A stretch of 64,000 nucleotides of DNA from contig OZ246887.1 of the NCBI GenBank assembly GCA_965231765.1, forward strand, positions 5,203,823 to 5,267,822. Reading direction: 5' to 3'. Shown in pieces: positions 29,201 through 39,210 of this stretch. The notes beneath the pieces are model-generated. The model did no database searches. It had not been told where the DNA came from and was given only the letters and a program-made list of their open reading frames with translations. Source of the DNA: Candidatus Binatia bacterium (GTDB lineage Bacteria > Desulfobacterota > Binatia > Bin18). Positions within the stretch are counted from its first letter, which is position 1. Each line of letters opens with the position of its first letter. Position numbers and translations under genes: made by a program.

Positions 29201-31276
29201 TTACTGGTACAGCTCTTCACTCTGAACGCCATTATCTGGCACACGAATCTTGGGATATAATGACGGTATACCGTTGCGGCCGAGGAGCAGAAAATCGACC
29301 GGTACAAAAGGCATTGGGACTTCCATTCCGACAAAGGCGCTGCGTTGATCTTTACCAAAGGCCAAACGTGTGCCCAGCACTTCTTTGGGCAGCGTCCCCC
29401 GAACATCAATGCTTGTCCCAGACGTACTTCCGGTCAGATAGGGTAGGGCCCGCCACCCTGCGGAAGTGTGTTTTTCCTGGCTGCTCTTGAGCGTAATATC
29501 GGCCTCTTCTGCCCCGAGAGCCAAACGGGCGAGTTCACGATCGCCATCTTGGCTGGCTCGTTCAAAACCTTTCTCCCGGAAACGCCGCCAAAATTGCTTC
29601 CAGGCGTTTGTTGGCACGCCAAAGACCCTGATACGTGGACCATCATCGGTCTGGATCAGGAGAGAAATCTCTTGATCTGCCAGGATGGTAATCCCGCCCT
29701 CGGCCAGCTCAACATTGTCCCAGTCCCCGTCGAGCAATTCGGTTTTGAGGCTCAAGCCCCGAGGGCCGATCAGGTCGGGATTTTCTTTGAGAAAGGCTTT
29801 GCTGAGTTGGATGCCCTGCGCTTCCCAGCGACTTAAGGCCAGGAGTTGTGGGGCTGCTTCTTGAGCCGCATCGGTATTTGGATAGCGCTCAACCAAGGTC
29901 CGCAGGGCTGTGATTTTCTCCGAGCGATGGGGCGATTGTTTTGCCTGTTCGAGCAAACCTTCGGCCGCCTGTTCTTCGAGCTCTGGGATTTTGTCTTCCT
30001 GTCCAGCGAGTTTATAGTAGTTGATAGCTTGATCGATTTTGCCTTCGCGCTGATACGATTTGGCTAACAGGGGATATACTTCGGGCGTACGTTTTTCGGG
30101 TGGCGTTTTGTGCAGATAGGTCTTGGCTTCCGTAATCACCTCTTCGTGTGATACCGGGTTACTCGTCATCACTTGCCATAATTTACCGCCGAGCTGTACC
30201 GCAGACAGGGCACCAAAGGTTGCGGCCCCGACCAAGCCTTCAGTCGCCACTTGGACTCCAGCCACCACAAAATTATCTTTGACAAACGAGCTGCCAGGCA
30301 TGACATATTTGAAGGTCTCGACTTGATGGTCCCACTCTGCCTGTTTGACTCGCTCGTAGGGGTCCTCCGGTTGTTGTTCTCGGAGCGGTTGGAGCTGCTG
30401 CAAACGGGCTTCGACTTGACGGATACCGGCGTGCGCGTCAGCCGATTCTTCGTCTATCATCAACGCCAGCTGATAGTGAAAATTTGCTCTCCAATAGTCC
30501 TGCTGTGCAAAGGCGGCTTTGGCCTGGGCAAGTTCATCTTTGAGGAGGGCGTTTGTGCGTCGAACTTCGAGTGCCTGGGCTTTTTCCCGCACCTGTGCGG
30601 CACGTTGATCCTGTGGAGCACGTCGCAGAAATTCTTGATACAGCACGAGTGCCTTCCGTTCGCGCGGGGTGGGGGAATCGTCAGCATTGCGCAAAGACGA
30701 GATCACGCCTTGGGCGGAATACGGACTCGGGCTGCGTGGGGTGCCTAAAAACAGACTGCCGACGTCAAATGTTGACAGCACCCAGTTAAAAACGCGGGCG
30801 ACACGTCCGCGTTTTTCCTCTGCGAGCAGTGTATCGGCTCGGACAAGGAGTTCATCCGGCCCAATGTCGAGATCCGCAGCAGTCGGCTGGTCGTGGTTCG
30901 GCTGGCTGTTTTGGGATTCTTGCGGAGCGGCAAGTGCGTGCACATAGGCGGTTAAGCCAGTTGGTTTCTCGCCCTGAAGAATGAGTTGGGCATCATACTC
31001 AGACAGCTCACGAGCATGGGCTTTGACGGCCTCTGGATCTTGCAAATAGGCATCAACAATGGCATTGGCGACTTGTTTGCCGATTGCATCCGGAAAATAA
31101 CGGTCAGCTGGGATGGGTGCTATAAACGGATTATAGCGGGGGAATACATCCGTCAGTTTGGAGAGCAGTGGGTCGGAAAATTCCTGGCCAAACTCTGGGT
31201 CATAGTCCTGAGCGTGGACTGGAGGCAGCAGCAGGACACACAAAAGAATGCCGATAAGGTATTGTGCTCGTTGCAT
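29201..31276 (-). CDS. hypothetical secreted protein with TPR-like helical region
   Basis: 690-aa ORF with an N-terminal signal peptide (MQRAQYLIGILLCVLLLPPVHAQ). No catalytic motif is recognised. The start is taken at the Met before the signal peptide. Confidence 0.5.
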   Translation of the reverse strand: MQRAQYLIGILLCVLLLPPVHAQDYDPEFGQEFSDPLLSKLTDVFPRYNPFIAPIPADRYFPDAIGKQVANAIVDAYLQDPEAVKAHARELSEYDAQLILQGEKPTGLTAYVHALAAPQESQNSQPNHDQPTAADLDIGPDELLVRADTLLAEEKRGRVARVFNWVLSTFDVGSLFLGTPRSPSPYSAQGVISSLRNADDSPTPRERKALVLYQEFLRRAPQDQRAAQVREKAQALEVRRTNALLKDELAQAKAAFAQQDYWRANFHYQLALMIDEESADAHAGIRQVEARLQQLQPLREQQPEDPYERVKQAEWDHQVETFKYVMPGSSFVKDNFVVAGVQVATEGLVGAATFGALSAVQLGGKLWQVMTSNPVSHEEVITEAKTYLHKTPPEKRTPEVYPLLAKSYQREGKIDQAINYYKLAGQEDKIPELEEQAAEGLLEQAKQSPHRSEKITALRTLVERYPNTDAAQEAAPQLLALSRWEAQGIQLSKAFLKENPDLIGPRGLSLKTELLDGDWDNVELAEGGITILADQEISLLIQTDDGPRIRVFGVPTNAWKQFWRRFREKGFERASQDGDRELARLALGAEEADITLKSSQEKHTSAGWRALPYLTGSTSGTSIDVRGTLPKEVLGTRLAFGKDQRSAFVGMEVPMPFVPVDFLLLGRNGIPSLYPKIRVPDNGVQSEELYQ

Positions 31277-31335
31277 AGAGTCAGATCCCCGAGCGTGCAT
31301 GAAACGTAAAAAGACCTGAAAACTTCATCAAAGCT

Positions 31336-32349
31336 TCATCTTCCCAAGCGTCCGATTTTGGCGATATAGGCTTCCAGCGCTTGGAGTTTACCTTTGGCTT
31401 CGAGTTTTTCGATCACGCCGTCTTCTTGGGTGACTTGGGCGTACTGATTCAGGGCGGCTTGGCCTAATTCTTCAAAAACAGTTGGGTTAAAGCTGAGGCT
31501 TTCCGGGTCGTTTTGAGACACATATTCCTCGGCCAAACTGCTATAAAAATCGCCCAATTCTATCCGGTATTGGTAGCGATTTTTGCTCTCTGTATGGGTG
31601 TCGAGCAGTTGCCGGTAAGCCACGATGACGCTCTCATTGCCGTCTTGGATTTGATACCGATTGAGGGTCAGGAAGGTCACTTTGGCCATGTCTAAGCGTT
31701 CGGCTTCTTCAAGGGCGAGCGATTCGTACGGCGTGCCTGCCAATTCTTGGCTGAGGGCACGCCAGGCAACGGCTTGATCGTCTAGGGCTTTGAGGTATTC
31801 GACTGGGGTGCTGGCTGAGAACTGACGCTCGGTCAGCTCTTTGAATTTGGTCAGCGCGGCAACTGATTTTGTGGCTTCGTCCTTTAGACGGTGGTTGGTT
31901 TGGCTGACACGTTCATACTCCTCAAAGGCTTCTTGGTAAGCGTGCAGTCCCTCATAGGCGCGTCCACGCGTATATGCGATCAGGACAGGATACGCGCCTG
32001 GGTGTTTGGACTGATAGTCTTGGAGTCGTTTCAGGGTCGCTTTATGCGCATTTGCGCCAGTCACGTCCTCGGGCAAAGGAAAGCGGTAGGTATCCTTGGT
32101 CGCAACGCGCTGAAATTCGGCGGTGACTTTGAGCAGATCTTCTTCGGTTTCATACTGCGGGTTGCTGTCTGCCGCAGTGTTTTTGGACAGACCTGGGATC
32201 ATGTCGCGTATCTGTGAAGTGGTTGAGGAAACGCGTGGGCCAGTTGCGGTTGGTTGTGAACGAAAAAGGGAACACGCTGATAGCAGACAGGCGGAGAGGA
32301 GAAGAACGATGAGAGGCAGGAACGAAAAGGGCGTGTTCTGCATCTGCAT
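31336..32349 (-). CDS. hypothetical lipoprotein (TPR-like)
   Basis: Lipobox-like LLSAC|S after a hydrophobic N-terminus. Helical repeat-like body. The start is ambiguous between Met codons at 32367, 32349 and 32343. Confidence 0.5.
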   Translation of the reverse strand: MQMQNTPFSFLPLIVLLLSACLLSACSLFRSQPTATGPRVSSTTSQIRDMIPGLSKNTAADSNPQYETEEDLLKVTAEFQRVATKDTYRFPLPEDVTGANAHKATLKRLQDYQSKHPGAYPVLIAYTRGRAYEGLHAYQEAFEEYERVSQTNHRLKDEATKSVAALTKFKELTERQFSASTPVEYLKALDDQAVAWRALSQELAGTPYESLALEEAERLDMAKVTFLTLNRYQIQDGNESVIVAYRQLLDTHTESKNRYQYRIELGDFYSSLAEEYVSQNDPESLSFNPTVFEELGQAALNQYAQVTQEDGVIEKLEAKGKLQALEAYIAKIGRLGR

Positions 32350-32506
32350 AATCCCACGATATGACATAGCTGATCGGGCTCAGGCGTGCGTAATAGTACC
32401 CACCTTAATGTGAGCGAGACAGGGTGTCAAACCGGGTTTTTGGGGTTTCTTGGCTTGGGCTTGCCAGCAGTCATTACTTCCAGATAATATCCGACACGAT
32501 GCTAGT

Positions 32507-32591
32507 GCCGGGGTGGTGGAATTGGCAGACACACAGGACTTAAAATCCTGTGAGCTTTTTGCTCGTACGGGTTCAAGTCCCGTCCCCGGCA
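32507..32591 (+). tRNA. tRNA-Leu (anticodon UAA), type II with long variable arm
   Basis: Acceptor stem GCCGGGG/CCCCGGC with discriminator A. Anticodon stem CAGGA/TCCTG with loop CUUAAAA. Long variable arm GAGCTTTTTGCTC. T-arm GGGTTCAAGTCCC. Length 85 nt. Confidence 0.8.
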
Positions 32592-32986
32592 TAAGAAAAT
32601 TAACTACTTATGCCCCCTCTCAGCTGCGGAGGCGCGCGAAATTCCGGTCAAGGACACGATCCGAGTGTCGGCTGCACCCGGGACAGCGGAACGGCGCTGG
32701 GCGACCGCGACTTGGACACCACATGCTGCACGCTGAGGCAAACTCTGTGTGGCTCCGGGCCCGGACCGGGTTAGCGGACAGGCTCAAGCGCCAGGCCGAG
32801 GACTTTGCGTTTCATCTGCTGGTTGACTTGGAGGAAGCCCGGGCCGAGGGCCTGACCGACGTGGCTGTGATCGCGGAGCGCTATGGCGTCCCGCGTGAGA
32901 TGGTGCTGCTGGGGCGGGTGGCGTGAGAGAGAACACTCATACCCCACTTCACGCAGGAGCACGGATTACATAACGAGGAACCCTTA

Positions 32987-33850
32987 ATGGTAGACCGTAA
33001 AGCCGATACCGAGCCTCCGCAATTCACGAGGGCTGGCATCGAAAGAGGCATCACCAAGTTAAACCGTCGCATTAAAGACCTGAAAGGTCTCGATCCGAGC
33101 GAAGTCCATCAGTACGCTCCCTCAGTTCAAGTCGTCGAGTCGAACATCCGCGCAGCTATTCATGATGTATTTGGCAAGAATTCCCTGGAGTCTAAGCTGA
33201 AAGGGCTTTCTCTAATACTGTCGCCCGACGGATACAACAATAAGAAAAGTGACGCTGAGCGCCGAGAGGAGTCCTCCAAAATACTCGATCGCGCAGTCAC
33301 GATACTGGAGGGACATATCTTGCGTCTTAAAGAGAAACGCGAAGACCTGGAAGCAGATCAGGGGACTGAGCAGTCGGGTACACTTTCTTCGGACAAGTCA
33401 TCTACGAACAGCCGCCGAGTCTTCGTGGTCCACGGGCGGGACGTGGCAGCGAAGGAGGAAGTTCGCAGGCTTCTAACTCAGTTGAAGCTTGAGCCCGTGA
33501 TCCTTGGTGAACAGCCAGACCAGGGTCAGACGGTCATTGAGAAGTTCGAGGGGAACGCGGACGTGGGCTTCGCGGTGGTCCTTTTGACGCCCGACGACAA
33601 GGGTGGACTGGCTGACTCATCTAATGAGCCTCAGCGACGAGCGCGCCAGAATGTGATCTTCGAACTCGGTTTCTTCGTTGGCAAGCTCGGCAGAAAGAAG
33701 GTCTGCACCCTGTACAAGGGCAATGTCGAGATCATGAGCGATTATCAGGGTGTCATATATGTTCCCATGGATGATGAGGGCTGGCGATTGAATCTCGCAC
33801 AGGAGATTAAGAGCGCTGGCATCAATGTGGATCTGAATCACCTATGCTAG
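32987..33850 (+). CDS. coiled-coil + TIR-like (PF10137-type, predicted nucleotide-binding TIR-like) domain protein; candidate defence effector
   Basis: The C-terminal ~140 aa ([64 protein letters not shown]...[28 protein letters not shown]) match, from memory, the conserved TIR-like family motif set ([35 protein letters not shown]). The N-terminal ~150 aa are charged, helical and coiled-coil-like. Confidence 0.6.
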   Translation: MVDRKADTEPPQFTRAGIERGITKLNRRIKDLKGLDPSEVHQYAPSVQVVESNIRAAIHDVFGKNSLESKLKGLSLILSPDGYNNKKSDAERREESSKILDRAVTILEGHILRLKEKREDLEADQGTEQSGTLSSDKSSTNSRRVFVVHGRDVAAKEEVRRLLTQLKLEPVILGEQPDQGQTVIEKFEGNADVGFAVVLLTPDDKGGLADSSNEPQRRARQNVIFELGFFVGKLGRKKVCTLYKGNVEIMSDYQGVIYVPMDDEGWRLNLAQEIKSAGINVDLNHLC

Positions 33851-33934
33851 CGCGGTGTTTCATGTCGGCAAGGATGATCGGGTGCTCGGCCTTGTGGCTG
33901 GGCCGCTGACGGTGGGTAAGGAGAACGCATCACC

Positions 33935-34684
33935 ATGAGATCTCGGCTTTGGCTTTCCATTTGTGTCGCCTTAGTGTGGGCCTGGGTGGCGCCACAGCCA
34001 GCAGCGGCGCAAGATGCTGAGGTCGCGGACTGCCTCAAGACCGATCTGGCGCCCGCAGCGAAGGTCGCCGCGTGCCGAGCCGCCGCGGAAAACGGAGACG
34101 CGGATGCGCAGCTCAGGCTCGGTGTCATGTACGACAACGGCCAGGGCGTGGCGCAGGACTATGCGGAGGCGATGACGTGGTTCCGCCGGGCCGCTGCGCA
34201 GGGAAATGCAGGTGCGCAGGTCGCTCTCGGCGTCATGTACGCCGGCGGTCAGGGCGTGCCACAGGACTATGCGGAGGCGATGACATGGTATCGCCGGGCG
34301 GCTGCGCAGGGAAATGCAGGTGCGCAGGTCAATCTTGGCGTCATGTACAGTAAGGGCCGGGGCGTGGCGCAGGACCATGCGGAGGCGCTGGTGTGGTATC
34401 GCCGGGCGGCTGCGCAGGACTATGGGCTTGCGCAGTACAATCTCGGCGTCATGTACAGTAAGGGCCGGGGCGTGGCGCAGGATTATACGCTGGCCCATAT
34501 GTGGTTCAATCTCGCCAGCGCAAGTGGCTACAAGGATGCGTCTGAGGCCCGCAATGAGATGGCAAAGCGCATGACCCTGGCCCAGATCGCTGAAGCCCAA
34601 CGGTTGGCGCGGGAGTGGACGCAGGCATATACGGTAGGGGGGCAAGTAGTGCCAGCCGGGCCAGGCACGGCTGAACGATTTTAG
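33935..34684 (+). CDS. Sel1-like repeat (SLR) protein, secreted
   Basis: Signal peptide. Five tandem Sel1 repeats (LGVMYxxGxGVxQDYAEAMTWYRRAAAQGNAGAQ). Confidence 0.8.
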   Translation: MRSRLWLSICVALVWAWVAPQPAAAQDAEVADCLKTDLAPAAKVAACRAAAENGDADAQLRLGVMYDNGQGVAQDYAEAMTWFRRAAAQGNAGAQVALGVMYAGGQGVPQDYAEAMTWYRRAAAQGNAGAQVNLGVMYSKGRGVAQDHAEALVWYRRAAAQDYGLAQYNLGVMYSKGRGVAQDYTLAHMWFNLASASGYKDASEARNEMAKRMTLAQIAEAQRLAREWTQAYTVGGQVVPAGPGTAERF

Positions 34685-34895
34685 GGAAAAGGACAGACCG
34701 GCCGACGATTCTTCAGTGCGGAGCTTGGGGGTGGGGCCGAACGGCTGCCAAGTCGCCTTCAAAAAGCGCAGCCGTCATTGCACCTCAATAATCACAAAAT
34801 TCTGGCTTGCCTCTTGCCACTCGACCGTCACTGTTGTGTCCGGCTCGGGGAAGTCAGGCAGATTGTACACGCCACTCGCACCTGTCAGACGAACT
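34671..34895. repeat. direct repeat copy A (~97% identical to 41870-42095)
   Basis: A ~225-bp block is almost identical to copy B, with about six mismatches. Weaker homology extends a further ~100 bp upstream into the Sel1 gene 3' end. Confidence 0.7.
34780..34895 (-). pseudogene. remnant 3' end of an LRR/PPC surface-protein gene (paralog of 41981..44773)
   Basis: The reverse strand encodes ...LTGASGVYNLPDFPEPDTTVTVEWQEASQNFVIIEVQ*, identical to the last 37 aa of the 930-aa LRR protein. It has no upstream coding continuation. Confidence 0.6.
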
Positions 34896-34899
34896 GCTG

Positions 34900-37824
34900 C
34901 ATGAGCTTTCGCAGCACAGTCTTCAGATTCAGAGCCGCTATTTCCCCGAGGACAGCGAGTTATGGGTTGACCGCCAACTTGACCGGAACCTGGAAGAGGC
35001 TGTCGGCCGGGACGTCGTTTTTGTCGTTGCCGAGTCGGGTCTCGGCAAAAGCATAGCGTGTCACAAACGCCTGACGGCGCATGTTGAGATGGGAGGGTTT
35101 GGGCTGGTCATTCCGCATCAAATCATTGCTGACTCCCTGTCACTTGAGCAAGCGGTCGGTACGACGCTACGACAGCTCCATCCTTCTCTTGCCTCCGACG
35201 CGGGGAGCGAGGCGCGCGCGCTGGCGTCGGAACGCAAACCATTGTTGATGGTCGTGGAGGATATCAACAAATTTGGACAGCCAATCTCGCTCATCGAACG
35301 GCTGGCGAGCTGGAGCGCGCAGCGGGCAGAACGCAATCAGGTGGCCAGCTGGCAGATTCTTTGTCCGGTTTGGCCTCGGATACTCACAGCGCTTGGTGAT
35401 CAAGCCCGCAAGAAGATCAATGAGTTAGTGCTCACGGCATCTTCCTTCACACCAGAGGAAGGCGCTGCTGCCGTAAACCGCCGTCGCCACCAGGCAGGGA
35501 TTCCAATAACGCAGCTCGACGCAGAAGCGGTGGCGTCGGCTCTGGGTTACGATCCCTTTCTTATCGCCCTACAAGACCTTACGGCAACGCCAGACCCCAA
35601 CCATGTCATTCAAGCCTTTATCAAAGGCAGTCTCGAACGGCTCGCCGAAAGTCGCGGCGAGTTTACAGCGGGGGAATATCGAGAGGGATTGAGGCATCTC
35701 GCTGCCACAATGCTTGAACGGCGACGCCTTGATCTTTCTATGACTGACGTTGCCGCCTAGTTTGAAGACACACCCAGCACCGTAAACATGCTCCGGCATA
35801 TCGTCCGTTTCGGTGAGATCATTCGCGTTACTGGATCTGCCTCGAACGAGCGCTTGGCATTTCGCCATGACCGCGTTCTTGACTGGCTTCTTGCCGATGC
35901 GGCGGCAGACCTCATGCGCCATGGTGCCATCCCCCAGACCGTGCTGACGGAACCGTATTTTGCAGAAATCATCGGTGCTGCACTGGTCCGTGATGCCATC
36001 CCACTTGCAACGGTTGAACAGGTAAGAGTCACTAATCCCCTCGCGCTGTTCTGCGCAATGTCCGTGTTCGGCGAGCCGTGATCTGCACTGTGCCGTCCTC
36101 AAAGCTGCCGAGGCGTGGCTGGACGACGAGACAACACACACACCACACCACGAGAATCTTCGTTGGGCCGCGCGCCGTGTTCTCTCGGAATGTGATGCGT
36201 CCTATGTCATTTCGCTCGTCAAGCGCTTTCGTGAAGAACGAAACGATCGGTGGGGGCTACGCGCCCGTTTCCGCAATGGAGATTTTGGGGCGGGCCTCGT
36301 ACTTTGCAGTCTGTACCAGCCTGGGTTCGGCGTAGTCGGGCATGTGGAATTAATCGATCATGTTCAGCGGCGCCGAGGCAGAGCGCTTGTTCGCACGCTC
36401 AATGCTTTTCTGCGTCACGATCAACTCCCAGCTGCCGGCAGGTCTGGCGCTCTGAGGCTAGCCGGCTACCTCGCTGACCCGACGCTAGCCAGCGCAATTA
36501 AAACGTCCTGGTTGGCCGATACCGGCCGGGATGAGAGGCTCACGGATTATTTATGGGCTAGCGCGCAATGCGGTGGCGAGGATGCAGCCGGACTGTTGGC
36601 ACCGGTCTGCGATAAGTGGGCCGCGCTGCCCGATAAAGCAGACAGAGAGCATTCAGTCTCCTCCCGTAATAATCTCGCAGCGCATGAAATTCGATGGGCG
36701 TTTCGGGACAGAGTCCCTGAGTCGGCAATCCACTACTTCATCGAACAGGCAAAAACATCTGCATTGCGATGGCCGATCACCTTTATGCTGCACGGTATTG
36801 ATCACCCTGACGCGGTTGAGTTTGTTACTCGAGAACTCGCTGCAACTGAAAACTTTTCGCCGTTCGCGATGAACGCAGAAGATGAATGGAAGCGGCAGCA
36901 AGAAAAAACGGGCCGTGCGATGTCGGACGCTTCACGGAACCGGCTGCGTGAATTATGGACGAACAAACAGAATGGAAAACATCTGAGGAATTGGGCTACT
37001 GGTGGCAGGTAGGGCGGTATATCTGGTCGGATGAGCTGACTGAAAGTCTTGATGAGGCGCTAGGCCGGCGGAGCGACCGGGTGGAACGAGCTTGGGACTT
37101 CAATAATGAGATCTCGGCTGACTGTATTCTATCCGAGCGCCTGGTGGAGCTTCCAACGCCGACCGTGGAAGGATTACTGATCAAGCACTGGGATCATTTG
37201 CGTTTTTCATTTTACTATGTGCAAGCGGCTCTTTACACCGTGACTCCCCGACTCATGGAGATGGTCGCGCAAACGGTTGCCAGATGCCCGAACCCCAAAT
37301 CTATGTTTGAGCTCGCAACCAGGCATTTTGGAATCAGGACTAAAGAGCGAACGGGGATCGTGCGCATTGCGCAGCTTCAAGCCCTGTTGCCTTACCTTGA
37401 TCATCTTAGCGATCTGGATGTCCTAAACCTTTGGGAGACGTGCAACGATCATGGCTGGTTTGAATGGCGCCGTCAGCACCTCGATTCGCGTTTAAGGATT
37501 GGCAGGGCAAAAATATATGAAAATGACAACCGAGCAATGGCAGATCTTGACGACATGTTTCCCAAAGGGCTCTGGACTAATCATTGGGCTGACGAGTTTC
37601 TCAAAACCGGTATCTCCGTTGATCACATGATGGAAGTTGTACAGAACTGGTTGAGCCGACAAACAGACATTAGGGCTCTAACGATGGCAGCAGCCATTGT
37701 CGCCCATGCTGGTCAGCGTCGCCATATAAGTATCTTGTCCAGCCATAATATTGAGGCGACAGATCAGACTGGGCCCATCATTGAAGATACGCTTTTTGCG
37801 CTGAAACGGCGGTCTCCAAATTAG
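34900..37824 (+). pseudogene. frameshift-fragmented large P-loop NTPase (STAND/AAA-like) with helical-repeat C-terminal region
   Basis: Consecutive same-strand ORFs (34807-35760, 35788-36081, 36078-36335, 36344-37012, 36955-37824) run frame 1, then 1, 3, 2, 1 with overlaps. The first carries Walker A VVAESGLGKS and Walker B LLMVVEDINKF. The later pieces are alpha-helical. This is consistent with one ~950-aa gene broken by frameshifts. Confidence 0.4.
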
Positions 37825-38263
37825 GAGCAGCCCCCATGGCAGAAACACCCCTCCCTGAACTTCAGCCGGCTTCCGATAACCCATGGTACAGACTCGCTAC
37901 CGCTGGAGAAGATCACACGGACAACATGCGCCGTTGGAATGGCTACATGCGCCATCTGGTTGGGGAGGAGGAGGCGGCCAATTTGAAGCGGGACGATGGA
38001 AAGAATTGCTTCCCGGCAGATCGGCAGAGGCTTCGAGATCGGTGTTTTCAACGGACGCGGTGTACATTGGCGCGGAATGGACGACGGTGGCACCCAGGAA
38101 CGCGACCTTGTCCAAAGTACCGAGGCTGGGCAAAGCTGCGCGCCTTTGACTATCCCTTATGTCAGCAGTGTCCTTGAAAGCCTCGCGGCCAGCTATGACC
38201 GCGAGGCGAAGAGGGCAGATGACAGAGTGGAAATCAGAAAGAGGCTGGGACGTCGAACAAAAC

Positions 38264-38683
38264 TCATGCTCTTCCCCGACCTTTCAGCCCGTGTGGGGCG
38301 AGGATCGGCACGGAAAACACCAGAGCCAGGGTCAGCAGGTCCTCGTCACCCGTCACCAGGGCATCAGCCTGGCCCACCAGCGCCAGTTCGAGAAAAGGAC
38401 GGTCGAACGGGTCACGACACGCCGGGACGGCCGACGGTTCCGACACGCTGACCGTCTCGCACCAGGGCAGATAGTCGGCCAACAGATCTTCTCGCTCATC
38501 GTCGGTTAGCTGGAACTTGGCGTAGGACAGCACCCGAATCAATTCCGCCGTCGTCTCGCGGCTGGCCAGCGGCACAACGGCTCGCGCCTGCCACGCGTCG
38601 CGCAGCCAAGACACCGTTCCTGACGGGAACAGCAAGGCCGACACCAGGACATTGGTATCGAGCACCAACCGCCGAAAACTCAT
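38264..38683 (-). CDS. vapC: PIN-domain (VapC-type) toxin
   Basis: LVLDTNVLVSALL (first acidic residue), then a conserved ...TGDEDLL... acidic cluster. The start overlaps the antitoxin stop (ATGA). Confidence 0.7.
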   Translation of the reverse strand: MSFRRLVLDTNVLVSALLFPSGTVSWLRDAWQARAVVPLASRETTAELIRVLSYAKFQLTDDEREDLLADYLPWCETVSVSEPSAVPACRDPFDRPFLELALVGQADALVTGDEDLLTLALVFSVPILAPHGLKGRGRA

Positions 38684-38904
38684 TGAGCCTGGCGTGCCCA
38701 CGCCACGGCTTCTGCCACGTCCGTTTCGGACAAGCCCAGCTCGGCCAGTTTCGCCCGCACGGCATTAGCTCGGGTGAGCCGCACAGGGGTCAGCACGAGC
38801 CGCCCATTTTCGTGGGTGACATCGAAGTACTCTGTCCCCTGGAAGGCGGACACCAGCGCTTTCGGCAGGGTGAGTTGGTTCTTGGAAGTCAGTTTGGCAA
38901 GCAT
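38680..38904 (-). CDS. vapB: AbrB/MazE/SpoVT-family antitoxin
   Basis: 74 aa with a swapped-hairpin motif (LTSKNQLTLPKALV). It lies immediately upstream of the PIN gene and overlaps it. Confidence 0.65.
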   Translation of the reverse strand: MLAKLTSKNQLTLPKALVSAFQGTEYFDVTHENGRLVLTPVRLTRANAVRAKLAELGLSETDVAEAVAWARQAQ

Positions 38905-39210
38905 GGAGACATCTTCCTTATTCTGTTGTAAGGAAACAAGGATAAAGAAGATCCTTTCTCAGGGCAAGAGGAGGGACGACCGTCGCCTCACTTGATCCGA
39001 CCGTCGTTTTTGCTGTCTTTTGTCACTGGAGGGATCTCACTCGGCCCAGCCTGGTGGACGAACTGAGGGCGGGAGCAGGGCAGACTTGGTTTCTGCTCTC
39101 TGCGGCCGCTCCCTTAATCATCGGTTCCCTCTTGATGAATAGTATACATATAACTAAACTTTTTCTATCTGTGCCAAGGAGAAGGGAAAGGAGGGGAGGG
39201 GAGGATGCTT

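Noticed and set aside
32450-32926. 158-aa ORF overlapping the tRNA-Leu
   Set aside because: It runs through the tRNA gene and has no domain features. Spurious.
33971-34762. 263-aa minus-strand ORF (MKATWQPF...) and related 41690..41968 ORF
   Set aside because: They are antisense to the Sel1 gene and to the repeat remnant. Their N-terminal similarity to each other simply reflects the duplicated DNA.
34807-34899. ATG 34807 as the start of the P-loop ORF
   Set aside because: The first ~30 codons lie inside repeat copy A, which encodes the LRR 3' remnant on the other strand. The NTPase reading frame more likely began downstream or is itself truncated.
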